Below, piece by piece: positions 1 to 9,524 of a stretch of DNA of 64,000 bases. Source of the stretch: Chthoniobacteraceae bacterium (GTDB lineage Bacteria; Verrucomicrobiota; Verrucomicrobiia; Chthoniobacterales; Chthoniobacteraceae). The stretch lies in NCBI GenBank assembly GCA_031409335.1, contig JANNWY010000170.1, forward strand, positions 64,001 to 128,000. Reading direction: 5' to 3'. The notes under the pieces are model-generated. The model worked only from the letters and a program-made list of their open reading frames with translations. It was not told the origin of the DNA and did not search any database. The position numbers and the translations under genes were made by a program. Within the stretch, counting starts at the first letter, position 1, and the number at the start of each line of letters is the position of its first letter.

Positions 1-3000
1 AGCATGCGCAGCCCTCGTGTCGGATCGTACGTTACCAGCCTGCTGGGATCGGTCCCGTCCGCCGCATTCGTGGCATACATAAAAGGGATGACCGGCGTGA
101 CACCGGGACCGCCAGCCAGGTGCGAGGAAAAACCATCACCGAAACGGAGATTCGCCACGCCGGGGCCGGGAGCGGCACCGAGATTGGCATTGCTCGCATC
201 GACCCTGAAAGTCGCCGCACCCTCCGGTCCGCGACTCAATCCGGCGAAATCGACTTGAAGCGCCGCGACATCGTGTTTGGGAACGATCCTCCCAAATCCG
301 CAACCCGTCAGCAGCCCAAGTTGGAGCGCGGCGCTGCCGGGCTGGAGATCGAGCGTACCTCCCCGCAGAAAAATGGAAGTCGTCGTCGGGATGCCGAACG
401 TGTTGCGCAAAGAGATGGTGCCAGAATTGTCAGCCGCGACTGAATTCACTTCCGAAAGTCGCCCCATGCCTTCGAGCACCAGAGAACCGTTGACGTCCGC
501 AACGATCAAGCCTCGATGATTCAATGTGCCCGCGGGAGTGAAAGCTACCGATCCGGGGAGGTCGTAAAAAACCCGGAGCGTCCCCGTTCCGCGGGTACTC
601 CCGGCAAAGTCGCTGTTTCCCTTCACTGAAAGCATCCCATTCGTGCCAAGGTCGATCATCCCTCCGCCGTGCAGCGAATAAACCGTGACCGAGCGCGATG
701 CGGTGTCGAGCGTCGCCCCCGGCGCGACAGAAACGTTGGCATTCGCGAGAGCATCCGGGTTTCCGAGTCGCACCGTCCCCTCCTCGATATAGGCAGGTAA
801 GCCGGTGACATTTCCGCGCAAGTTCAGCACAGCCGGACCGAGTTTGTGAAACGTGTTCAATCCACTCCCGGAGTTCCTGATCGGACTTGTCACATCAAGG
901 TCGCTGCCAGTCAAAAACACCGCCCCGCTCGAGAACCGGAGCGCGCCGCCTTCGATTGACGCGCTGCCTGGGCCGACTTTCGTGAAGACCACCGTTCCAC
1001 TGACCGTCAACTGGCTTAACACCGGAATCTTCAAATTCGCCCCGGCGTTCATCCCGATCGTTGCCACCGTATTCGATGGGCCGGCTGCCGTGGTCGCGGT
1101 GCCAACCAGGAAATTTGCCGTCGTCGGAGTGCTGCCGCCGTTCGCTGGATTTTGGATCGTCGCACCAGTTACGTATTCTTCGGCTCGCGCCGCCCTGACC
1201 CCGATCGGCCCCGCCGAATCCACCGTGCCATCATAAACCCCCAGCCCCAGCGGTGTGCCGTTGGTGTCCGCCACGATCAGCCCTCCGACAAACGAGCCGC
1301 TCGCTGGTGCGAGGGTCGTCTGCACGATTCGCGTGAAAGCGCCTCCGGGTCCGCCACCGAGCGCATCAGCCTGCACCACGGCCAGTGCTCCCGCGCCGCG
1401 CGAAAATGTTTCCACATTCAGGATATGGCCCGCGCCGCCCGGCGCCGTCAGCCGGATGCTGCTCAGCGTCGAATTGCTGAGGCTCAAAGTCGAAATGCGC
1501 TCGACGACCGAAACCAGCGGGTTGCCGAGCAGTTCCAGCACGCCGCCAGCGAGTTCGAGTCTTCCATTTGAAATCAACCGGCCACCGTTCAGCGGGTCCG
1601 CGTTGTCGAAAACGATCGCTCCTTCCGCGATGGAGATTCGTCCGCCAAAACCCGCAGCGTCCGCGATGGTCGCACGGCCCGCGCCGGTTTTGAGGAGCAC
1701 TCCACTGCCAGTAAGCGGGCCGGAGAGGACCACGTCGAATCCCGCGGTGTCGAGCGTACCGCTGGTAGGAACCAAGACCTCACGCGAGCTATTCCACGGC
1801 CCGGCGAGCACCAGCCTGCCGTTGTTGAAGCGCACCTGCGGACTCGCCCCGAGCAACGCATCCGAGCCGAGCGTGAGCGTGCCGGAGATCATCGTCGCGC
1901 CGGTGTAAGCGGGCGCGTTGTCGAAAATCAAGCGCCCCGTGATGTTCAATCCACCCGGCCCCGTCACGGGTTGCGCGACGTGCAGCGTGCCGGTCGCGCC
2001 GGTCGTACCGAGCACACCGAATCCGCCATTGAGTCGGATCGCGCGCGGCAAAACCAAGTCGCCGCTGCCCGACCACAACACCCCGCCGCTGTGCATCACG
2101 ATCTCGCCGGAGTCGGTGCCCAGTTGGGACGGCGTGGCGAAAGAGAGCGCGCCCGCATTGATCGTGAGCGGGCCGGCGATGTTGTTGACCGGCGGAAGGA
2201 CGAGCGCGCCGGTTCCCGATTTCGTCAGGCCACCCGAGCCGTTCAGCGCACCGAGCAGCCTAAGGCTGGTTTGGTCGATGACAAAATTCGCCTCGGCAGA
2301 ACCGAAGCTCAGACCGTTTTCAATTTGCCCCGCGCCATTTGCACCGAAAAATCCGCTGGAAATTGTGATCGTTCCGGTGCCGAGAATATCCCTCAGCGTC
2401 ACCAGCGAGTTCACCGTCACCGCAGCATTATTCGTCGGTCCGGGATTGCTGCGAATATGCACGTTGGCACCCGTGGTGAGCGTCGCAGACAGCTCGCCCG
2501 CAGTGAGGCGACGGATGCCAGTGGCGACGCTAAACGTCACGGGGACCGTTCCGATGGTGCTGTCGAAACCGGAGGCGAACGGCAGGATCGGGACGTTCGT
2601 CGCCGTCGTGCCCGCGCCCACGAGATTTATGGAGAGCCCCGCCGGGAACAGGACCTTGGCCGCACCGCCGAGAGTCGCCGCCGATTCGAAGCGCAGCGTG
2701 GCGCGATCGTTCCGCGTGAAGCCAGCGAACGCGAGCGCGGCACCGGTCTCCACTTTGAAAGTCGCCAGCCCGCGCACCGAGAGCGCACCAAGATTTTCGA
2801 CCACGGAGCCGCCCAGCCCGCCCGCGAGCGAGAGCATTCCGCCGCTGATCTCGATCGGCACCGTGCCGAGCCGCGCGAGCACCTTGGTCGCGTTGTCGAG
2901 ACTCAGCCTGGCACCCGCGCCGATGAAGACCGACGAGGCAGCGAGCGCGCTGGCATCGCCATTGAAATACACGTTGGGATTGACGCTCGGGTATGGATTG

Positions 3001-6000
3001 TCGGCGGTCGCGATGAGCGGTCCCGAAAAGGTCAGCGGCGCAGCAAAGTTGGCGTTTGAGGTGATCTTCAATCCGCCCTGCCCGCCGACGCTGACGCCGC
3101 CGGAAAAGTATTGCACCGTCAGCATCCCAGCGGCGGGCAGCTCGATCGCGCCCGCTCCGGTAATCGTCCCGACGCTGGCGGGAATTTGCGAAAAGCGGAG
3201 CGTCGTCCCGGCGGACACGTTCACCGTGGCGAAGCGCAACACATCGCCCGCCGTCACATCTATCGTGCCGCCGTTGAGATTCAGCGTGCCGGGCAGCTTC
3301 GCCGCCCCATTGAGCGTGAGCGTGCCGCCACCGGCTTTGTTCACGGTCGTCCCGGATACGCGGCTGCCGAGCGAGAGATCGCCGAGCGCGATGATGTAGG
3401 CCGGACTGCTGGGAAAATTGAGCGTGCCGCCCGCGATGGTGGCGTGCGCGCCGGAATCGACGAGCAGGCTCGCGGCATCCAGCGACAAGACCTGGCCGGG
3501 ATCGAGCGCCACGCTTCCCGAGCCGCCAAGCCGCAGGGTGTTGACTCGATTGAACGCACCACCCGTCGTGGTCGGACCGCTCGCGAAAAAGTGGGCCGTC
3601 ACAGGGGTCGTGCCGCCATTCGCCGGGTTGCGAATTTCCGCGCCGGTCGTGTAATCGGCGGCAGTGAGCGCGCGCACGCCGATCGTTCCCGCGGCGTCAC
3701 TCGATGCATTGTAAAAGGCCAGCGACGTGCCGGACTCCGTGGACGAAGTGTCGGCGAGCGCGCCGGGAATCATGCCATTCGTGAACACCGGCGCATTGGC
3801 AAAAACGATCCGTGTGAAGGCAGTGCCCGCCGCACCGCCGAGCTGGTCGCCGCGGAAAAGAATACTGCCCGTTCCTTGCGTGAAACTCCCAAGCGTCAGC
3901 GTCGCGGTGGCCGCGCCCGGCGCGCTGACGGTCAGGATGTTCGTGGTGTTTGCACCGAGGCTCACCGCGCCGACTCGTTCCGTCACCGCCGTCCCAGCGT
4001 TTCCCACCAGACTGAAACCGCCGCCGTTCAGCGTGACCGTCCCAGTGTCCACGAGCCGGTTGGCGGCGACGGTCGCGCTGTGATCGATCCGAAATTCCCC
4101 ACCGCTCGCGACGGACACATTCGCTGCCAGCGCGCCATCATCCGAGAGAGTGAATGTTCCGCCCTGCACTGCCACCGTTCCGCGAAAACGCGACGGCGCG
4201 AGGAGCCGCAACTCGCCTGCGCCGCGCTTGGTGAGCGTGCCCGCGCCCGTCACCGCGCCAGACCAAGCCGCGTCGAAGCCAGCGGTGTCGAGCGTCGTGG
4301 AGACGAGGTTGATTTCGCGCGCGGTGCTCCAATTTCCCGCGAGCGCGAGCGTGCCTCCGGCGAGATTCAGCGCGCCGCCCGCGCCGAGCGCGGAGTCGCC
4401 GGGAATCAAGAGCCGGCCTGAGCCGAGATGGGTCGTGCCCGCGTAAGTGCTGCCCGCCGGGAGCGCGATCGTGAGGCCGCCCGTCGCCGCGATTTGCAAG
4501 CCGCCCGCTCCGGCGATCGGAGCCGTGATTTGGAAATCGCCCGTGCCGCCCGCACTGAGCAGCGCGAGGCCGGTGCGGGTTTCGATGGGGCGCGAAAAGG
4601 CGATCACGCCCGCGCCGATGTAGCTCAGGCCCGCGCCGTGCCCGTTGATGACGATCGCGGAATCCGCCCCGCCGAGGCCGACCCGCGCGTTGAAAGCGAT
4701 CGTGCCCGCGTTGATCGTGAGCGTTCCCGTGAAGAAGTTTGCCGCGGCGAGCGTGAGCGTTCCCGAGCCCGATTTGGTGAGCCCATTCGTGCCCGCCACC
4801 GCACCGCCCAGCGTCAGATTGGCGGTGGTGAAAATGTTCGCCTCCACGTTTCCAAAATCCAGCGGCACCGTTATGCCGCCCGCGCTGCGCTGAAATAACG
4901 CGCCGCTCGCAATGGTCAGCGTGCCCGTGCCGCTCACGCTGCCGCCGTCGAGCAGCAGCGCGTTGACGGTGCGCGCGGCGTTCAGTGTTTGCGGTTCGCT
5001 GAGCCGCACGTTTTCATTCGCTGCCGCGGAGGCGAGGGTCATGCGATATTCGGTCGTGTTGTTCAGCGGGCGCAGGCCAGTCGCGCCGTAGGTGACGAAG
5101 CCAATGCCCGTGCCGGCTGCGCTCGTGTCCCCGACGGCGTAAGGCAGAATGCTGATCGCCGGGCCGGTGCCGCCGCCGCCGACCAAGACCGGCGGTGCCG
5201 TATTTACGAAGATGCTGCCGACGCCGCTGCCGGGCGTGCCGCCAAGGCCCGTGCCGCGAAAAAGAAAAGTGCCGCGCGCCGTGCGCGCGAGCGATTGCAG
5301 ATTCAGCCGCGTGCCGATCCCGGTCGTGGCCGAGGAGGTGATCGGGGAATATCCCGCGCCTTCCACCGGGCCGACCGTTTCCGTTTGCTGCGCTCCGCCG
5401 GGCGTCGTCGCGAGGTAAAGCAGGCCGCCGCCGCGGAGATGGATCGGCGTGGTGTCGGCAACGCGATTATCGGTGGCGGCGCTTCCATTCAATCGCAGCG
5501 TGGACCCGGCGCGGATGTTGAAATCGGATGTTTGCAGCAGGGAGCCATTCGTTCCGCCAAGACTCAGGATGCCGCCCGCGAGCGTCGCGGACTGTGGCAA
5601 AATGCTGTAGTCCAACGTGGTCGCGCCTGTGTAAGTCGAGGAAGCCGACAGCGTCACCGTGCCGCCACCCGCCCGCAAAATGACCCCCGCCCCGGCGGTC
5701 GCGCCGCTGATGACTCCGGTGAGATTCTGGGAGCCGCCGGAACTGCCCAGAGCGGCGAGCGTGAGATCGCCCTGCAACACGACGGAATTTCCAATCACGA
5801 GCCCAGTGCCCGCGAAGCTGAACGTTCCGCCGCGCACCGTGAGCGCGCCCGTGCCGAGCGCGCTGGCCGAGGCGACGGCGAGATTTCCCGACTGCAAAAC
5901 CACGCCGCCGGAAAATGTTTGCGTGCCGGAAAGCCGGACCACGGACGCATTCGCCGAGGTCGCGCCAGTGTCGATGGTGAGCGGCTGCGCGAGCGCGCCC

Positions 6001-6494
6001 TGGCTGATCGCACCGAACAAATCGAGCTGGCCCGGCCCGCTCGCCGAGATGGTCAGGCCGCCGCCGGTCGCGTCGAGTTGCAGCGGCAGGCCGATCGTCG
6101 CATCGCCGATGCCGCGCAATTCGATGCCCGGATTCGCGCCCGTGAAGCGCAGGGTGCTCCCCGCATTTCCGACGATGGAAACGCCGGTCGAGGCGGTGGT
6201 GTCGAAGATGATTTTGCCGAGGGCAAAGGCTCCCGCGAGATCGTCGGTCGCGGTCACCGCATTCGTGAAACGTAGCGCCAGCGCCGCATCGCCCCCGGCT
6301 GCGGGAGCCGTCCCATCGAGCCAGTTCGCCCCGGCGCTCCACAGGCCGTTGCTTTCGCCGATCCACACCTCCTGCTGGGCCGACGCGGTTTGCCCCGCCA
6401 GAAGTGCCGCGGCAAAAGCGGCAAGCGAACTTCGCCTCGCATACCGCCGACGTTGGGACGCATTGCTTCCAATCAGAATACCGGGGAGGAACAT
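1..6494 (-). CDS. Giant autotransporter-associated beta-strand repeat surface protein (3'-truncated by window edge; paralogue of 50919..61787)
   Basis: Absent from the ORF track, probably because the stop lies outside the window. ATG at 6494 gives MFLPGILIGSNASQRRRYARRSSLAAFAAALLAGQTASAQQEVWIGESNGLWSAGANWLDG, matching the N-terminus of the 3622-aa protein. The same frame at position 3 reads ...LVTYDPTRGLRM. Repeated TKSGxGTLTL and NPANGG motifs are present. Confidence 0.9.
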   Translation of the reverse strand, partial: MFLPGILIGSNASQRRRYARRSSLAAFAAALLAGQTASAQQEVWIGESNGLWSAGANWLDGTAPAAGGDAALALRFTNAVTATDDLAGAFALGKIIFDTTASTGVSIVGNAGSTLRFTGANPGIELRGIGDATIGLPLQLDATGGGLTISASGPGQLDLFGAISQGALAQPLTIDTGATSANASVVRLSGTQTFSGGVVLQSGNLAVASASALGTGALTVRGGTFSFAGTGLVIGNSVVLQGDLTLAALGSSGGSQNLTGVISGATAGAGVILRAGGGTVTLSASSTYTGATTLDYSILPQSATLAGGILSLGGTNGSLLQTSDFNIRAGSTLRLNGSAATDNRVADTTPIHLRGGGLLYLATTPGGAQQTETVGPVEGAGYSPITSSATTGIGTRLNLQSLARTARGTFLFRGTGLGGTPGSGVGSIFVNTAPPVLVGGGGTGPAISILPYAVGDTSAAGTGIGFVTYGATGLRPLNNTTEYRMTLASAAANENVRLSEPQTLNAARTVNALLLDGGSVSGTGTLTIASGALFQRSAGGITVPLDFGNVEANIFTTANLTLGGAVAGTNGLTKSGSGTLTLAAANFFTGTLTINAGTIAFNARVGLGGADSAIVINGHGAGLSYIGAGVIAFSRPIETRTGLALLSAGGTGDFQITAPIAGAGGLQIAATGGLTIALPAGSTYAGTTHLGSGRLLIPGDSALGAGGALNLAGGTLALAGNWSTAREINLVSTTLDTAGFDAAWSGAVTGAGTLTKRGAGELRLLAPSRFRGTVAVQGGTFTLSDDGALAANVSVASGGEFRIDHSATVAANRLVDTGTVTLNGGGFSLVGNAGTAVTERVGAVSLGANTTNILTVSAPGAATATLTLGSFTQGTGSILFRGDQLGGAAGTAFTRIVFANAPVFTNGMIPGALADTSSTESGTSLAFYNASSDAAGTIGVRALTAADYTTGAEIRNPANGGTTPVTAHFFASGPTTTGGAFNRVNTLRLGGSGSVALDPGQVLSLDAASLLVDSGAHATIAGGTLNFPSSPAYIIALGDLSLGSRVSGTTVNKAGGGTLTLNGAAKLPGTLNLNGGTIDVTAGDVLRFATVNVSAGTTLRFSQIPASVGTITGAGAIELPAAGMLTVQYFSGGVSVGGQGGLKITSNANFAAPLTFSGPLIATADNPYPSVNPNVYFNGDASALAASSVFIGAGARLSLDNATKVLARLGTVPIEISGGMLSLAGGLGGSVVENLGALSVRGLATFKVETGAALAFAGFTRNDRATLRFESAATLGGAAKVLFPAGLSINLVGAGTTATNVPILPFASGFDSTIGTVPVTFSVATGIRRLTAGELSATLTTGANVHIRSNPGPTNNAAVTVNSLVTLRDILGTGTITISSGFFGANGAGQIENGLSFGSAEANFVIDQTSLRLLGALNGSGGLTKSGTGALVLPPVNNIAGPLTINAGALSFATPSQLGTDSGEIVMHSGGVLWSGSGDLVLPRAIRLNGGFGVLGTTGATGTLHVAQPVTGPGGLNITGRLIFDNAPAYTGATMISGTLTLGSDALLGASPQVRFNNGRLVLAGPWNSSREVLVPTSGTLDTAGFDVVLSGPLTGSGVLLKTGAGRATIADAAGFGGRISIAEGAIVFDNADPLNGGRLISNGRLELAGGVLELLGNPLVSVVERISTLSLSNSTLSSIRLTAPGGAGHILNVETFSRGAGALAVVQADALGGGPGGAFTRIVQTTLAPASGSFVGGLIVADTNGTPLGLGVYDGTVDSAGPIGVRAARAEEYVTGATIQNPANGGSTPTTANFLVGTATTAAGPSNTVATIGMNAGANLKIPVLSQLTVSGTVVFTKVGPGSASIEGGALRFSSGAVFLTGSDLDVTSPIRNSGSGLNTFHKLGPAVLNLRGNVTGLPAYIEEGTVRLGNPDALANANVSVAPGATLDTASRSVTVYSLHGGGMIDLGTNGMLSVKGNSDFAGSTRGTGTLRVFYDLPGSVAFTPAGTLNHRGLIVADVNGSLVLEGMGRLSEVNSVAADNSGTISLRNTFGIPTTTSIFLRGGTLDLQPGSAALQLGLLTGCGFGRIVPKHDVAALQVDFAGLSRGPEGAATFRVDASNANLGAAPGPGVANLRFGDGFSSHLAGGPGVTPVIPFMYATNAADGTDPSRLVTYDPTRGLRM

Positions 6495-6642
6495 GGTGAA
6501 GACAGGAACGAGTTCCGGTCCGTGTGTCAAATCGGAAGACGGTCTTTACACTGAGAAGGTCAACGAAGTCTTCCCGTCCTTCCCGGAAACGCGGCGCACC
6601 TTTCAGCTCACGGAGCCGTTTGGCGGCTTCTCCGATCGGTTG

Positions 6643-7779
6643 CTACCGCGCCTCCAGTTTGAAAATCAGCGCGTCGAGGACCATGTCCGCTTTCACTTTG
6701 ATCCGCCGTCCGTCGCTGATCGGGTCCTCCGGCGGCAGGCGCTTGATCATTGTGGCGATCACCTCCGCGGAGCGGTCGCTGGCCGCTTTGAGCAGATCGT
6801 CCACGGCGGCGGACACCGATGCGGCTGGCGCGGCTTTCTCACCGTTCGGGCCGCTTTGGAGAAAGTGCGCCGCTGATTCCGCGCCGATGCGGATGTGCCA
6901 GGCATCGTTGTTCGCGAAAAAAATTGCCAGCGCGCCCCGCTTGGCCACGCCCAGCCGCGCGGCTTCCTTTTCGAGCCACGCGTCGAGCTGGTCGCCCTCC
7001 GCAGCGGCGGGCGGTTTGGCATGGACGCGCGCGGCGAGCTTGGTGCCAGTGAAGCGCTGGAAGTTCACCAGCTTGTAGTTGAATTGCTTCGCGCGGTCCC
7101 ATTCGGTCGGGAGGATTTTGTCGGGATCGTCAAAGGGCGCATCCGGCCCCGGCTCGCGCGGCCCGGGGTAGCGGCTCGCTTTCGCGACGAGCGCATCGAA
7201 GGCCGCCTCATCCGCGCGGAACGCCCGCGCCGCCGCGCCGAGGCGCAGGATTTTCACCCGCATCGTGTCGCCCTGCTGGATCTGCGGCAACAGCTCCAGC
7301 CCGCGGACCACGCGGCCAAAGACGTTGTGCTGATAGTTCAGCCGGTGCTGCGCGCTGAGCATCAGGCAAAACTGCGACCCGTTCGTGTCGGGCCCGTCGT
7401 TGCCCATTTGCACCGTCCCCATCCCATCGTGCCGCAGGCCGGGGACGATTTCATCGGGGAAAAGATAACCCGCGTCGCCCTCGCCCGTCCCCTTTGGATC
7501 GCCGCCCTGCACCACCAACCCCGGCACCACGCGGCACCACGTCAGCCCGTCGTAAAACGGCTTGCGCGGCTTCGGCCCCAGCGCGCCCTCGGCCAGCGCC
7601 ACATGATTGGCCACCGTCATCGGCACCTTCTCGTAAAACAGCTCGCACACCACCACCCCGCGCTCCGTGGTGATCTCGCTGTAAAGCCCGTCCGGCAGGC
7701 CGTGCGGATGCTCCGCGCGGCACAGGCCGGAGACGACGAGTGAAAGCAAAAGGACGAGGAAGCGCGTGAGGTTTTTCAT
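6643..7779 (-). CDS. Secreted cyclophilin-type peptidyl-prolyl isomerase with C-terminal extension (possibly TPM-like)
   Basis: Signal peptide MKNLTRFLVLLLSLVVSGLCRA. Cyclophilin motifs PMTVANH, FYDGL.WCRVVPGLVVQGGDP.GTG, GPDTNGSQF, HNVFGRVVRG. Start moved to ATG 7779. Confidence 0.85.
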   Translation of the reverse strand: MKNLTRFLVLLLSLVVSGLCRAEHPHGLPDGLYSEITTERGVVVCELFYEKVPMTVANHVALAEGALGPKPRKPFYDGLTWCRVVPGLVVQGGDPKGTGEGDAGYLFPDEIVPGLRHDGMGTVQMGNDGPDTNGSQFCLMLSAQHRLNYQHNVFGRVVRGLELLPQIQQGDTMRVKILRLGAAARAFRADEAAFDALVAKASRYPGPREPGPDAPFDDPDKILPTEWDRAKQFNYKLVNFQRFTGTKLAARVHAKPPAAAEGDQLDAWLEKEAARLGVAKRGALAIFFANNDAWHIRIGAESAAHFLQSGPNGEKAAPAASVSAAVDDLLKAASDRSAEVIATMIKRLPPEDPISDGRRIKVKADMVLDALIFKLEAR

Positions 7780-7830
7780 CGGGATCACGCCGCAGGCGAG
7801 CGCAGCCAACGGAGGTTGTCCAGCGTCAAA

Positions 7831-7955
7831 CCGGTTCCGGTCACCGCGGATTGATCTCGCGCGCGGCGTGCCAATCTCCCGCAAGCGCGAGCGTGCCTCT
7901 GGCTGATCGCACCGGACAAATTGAGCTGGCCTGGCCCGCTGGCGGAGGTGGTCAG
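7831..7955 (-). pseudogene. Collapsed relic of a giant beta-strand repeat protein paralogue
   Basis: 7899-7955 matches 6000-6056 (51/57 nt; LTTSASGPGQLNLSGAISQ vs LTISASGPGQLDLFGAISQ). 7851-7899 matches 4309-4357 (43/49 nt; GTLALAGDWHAAREIN vs GTLALAGNWSTAREIN). An AVTGTG piece resembling AVTGAG follows. Confidence 0.75.
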
Positions 7956-8153
7956 CGAGTTCACGATCTCCGTGGGTGACAGGTTGATTCGGCATGATCG
8001 TGGACACTTGCTCCACCCGAAGAGCGGAAGGAGGGCGGAATAGCGGACATCGGGTGAGTTGGCGGCTTGACAGATCGCGGTTCGCCCACAGAATCGCGCC
8101 ACTTTTTCGGCGACCGACGACAGACTGGACGCCTGCTTTTCACCGTACAAACA

Positions 8154-9443
8154 ATGAGATTCCCGCTGCCGCTCACTGCCAAGATCGCCGCCTACATCAT
8201 CAAGCATAAGATCAAGCGGACGCCGCGATTCGCGACGGTGCTGCAATTGGAGCCGCTCCATACGTGCAACCTGAGCTGCACCGGCTGCGGGCGGATTCGC
8301 GAATATTCGACCTCGATCAAGGACCTCATGCCGCTCGAAGACTGCCTCGGCGCGGCGGCGGAATGCGATGCGCCGATGATCTCCATCTGCGGGGGCGAGC
8401 CGCTCATTTACCCGCAGATCGAGGCGCTGGTGAAAGGCCTGCTCGATCAAAAGCGGATCGTTTACATCTGCACGAACGCGATGTTCATGCGGAGGAAGAT
8501 GCGCGAATACCTCGCGGTCGAATTTTCCAAGAGGCCCGAGCAGACCGAGGCGCGGATCGAGCGGCTGCTTTCCCAGGAACTGATCTCCGGCAAAGACGCG
8601 GACGAAATTCGCAAAGGTCCGAAGGACGCGGCGAAGCCGGTGATCGGGCCGTCGATGTGGATGTATTGGAACGTGCATCTCGATGGCTTGGAGCGGACGC
8701 ACGATCTGATCGTCGAGCGCGAGGGCGTCTTCAAGGAATGCGTCCTCGCAATCCGCATGGCGAAGCTGCTCGGCTACCAGGTCGCGACGAATACGACGAT
8801 CTACAAGGAAACCGACATGACCGAGATCGAGCGGATGTTTGAATACCTCGCGCACCTCGGCGTGGATGGCCACACGATCTCGCCCGGCTACGAATACGAT
8901 GCCGCGAAGAAGGACATGGTGACGCGGCTCGACTTGCAGCCGGAGGATTTTTTCCTGACGCGCGAGATGACTGTGCAGAAGTTCAAGCACATCGAAAAGT
9001 GGGGCCGCGACTACACGCTGTTCGGCACGCCGATCTATCTCGAATTCCTCGCCGGCAAACGCAACCTGACCTGCTCCGCCTGGGCTATCCCGACGCGCAA
9101 CATCCGCGGCTGGAAAGGCCCGTGCTACCTAATGACCGATGGCCATTGGAAGAGTTACAACGACCTGCTCAATCAGGTCGATTGGGACAAATACGGCATC
9201 GTCGATGGCATCGCTAAAGACCCGCGCTGCGAGAACTGCATGGTCCACTGCGGCTACGAGCCGAGTGCGATGCTCGGGCGGGATGCAAAGCCCGGCGACA
9301 CCTGGAAAAACATCGTGTTCAACTTCGCCGCAAAGCCGCAGCCCTCCGGCGCAGGCCGCAGCGTGAAGCCGTTCGACGGCGTGAGCGCGGGCAATGGGCA
9401 CCTAACCGGCAAGAAGGCGGAAGTGTCGGTGGAAGTGGCGTAA
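8154..9443 (+). CDS. hpnH: Adenosyl-hopene transferase HpnH (radical SAM, hopanoid biosynthesis)
   Basis: VLQLEPLHTCNLSCTGCG radical-SAM motif, SICGGEPL, C-terminal WKGPCYL and DPRCENCMVHCGYEPSA typical of HpnH/DUF3463. ATG at 8154. Confidence 0.85.
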   Translation: MRFPLPLTAKIAAYIIKHKIKRTPRFATVLQLEPLHTCNLSCTGCGRIREYSTSIKDLMPLEDCLGAAAECDAPMISICGGEPLIYPQIEALVKGLLDQKRIVYICTNAMFMRRKMREYLAVEFSKRPEQTEARIERLLSQELISGKDADEIRKGPKDAAKPVIGPSMWMYWNVHLDGLERTHDLIVEREGVFKECVLAIRMAKLLGYQVATNTTIYKETDMTEIERMFEYLAHLGVDGHTISPGYEYDAAKKDMVTRLDLQPEDFFLTREMTVQKFKHIEKWGRDYTLFGTPIYLEFLAGKRNLTCSAWAIPTRNIRGWKGPCYLMTDGHWKSYNDLLNQVDWDKYGIVDGIAKDPRCENCMVHCGYEPSAMLGRDAKPGDTWKNIVFNFAAKPQPSGAGRSVKPFDGVSAGNGHLTGKKAEVSVEVA

Positions 9444-9447
9444 AAAA

Positions 9448-9524
9448 GTAGGCGAGGTTTGCAACCTCGCACGGTCGAGCAAAGCGAGACGGGCACTGCG
9501 CGAGGTTGCAAACCTCGCTTGCTA
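9448..9524. repeat. REP-like inverted doublet of palindromes
   Basis: GTAG-led palindrome GCGAGGTTTGCAACCTCGC (9452-9470) and its exact reverse complement (9500-9518), lying between convergent genes. Confidence 0.7.

Noticed and set aside
853..6876. Long + strand ORFs (e.g. 1918..3399, 3111..4421, 4989..6275, 5659..6876)
   Set aside because: Antisense shadows of the minus-strand giant gene, expected in high-GC DNA; no motifs.
7831..7955. Diversity-generating retroelement template/variable repeat pair with the giant gene
   Set aside because: The mismatches are not adenine-specific, the matches are to two distant parts of the gene, and no reverse transcriptase is in the window.
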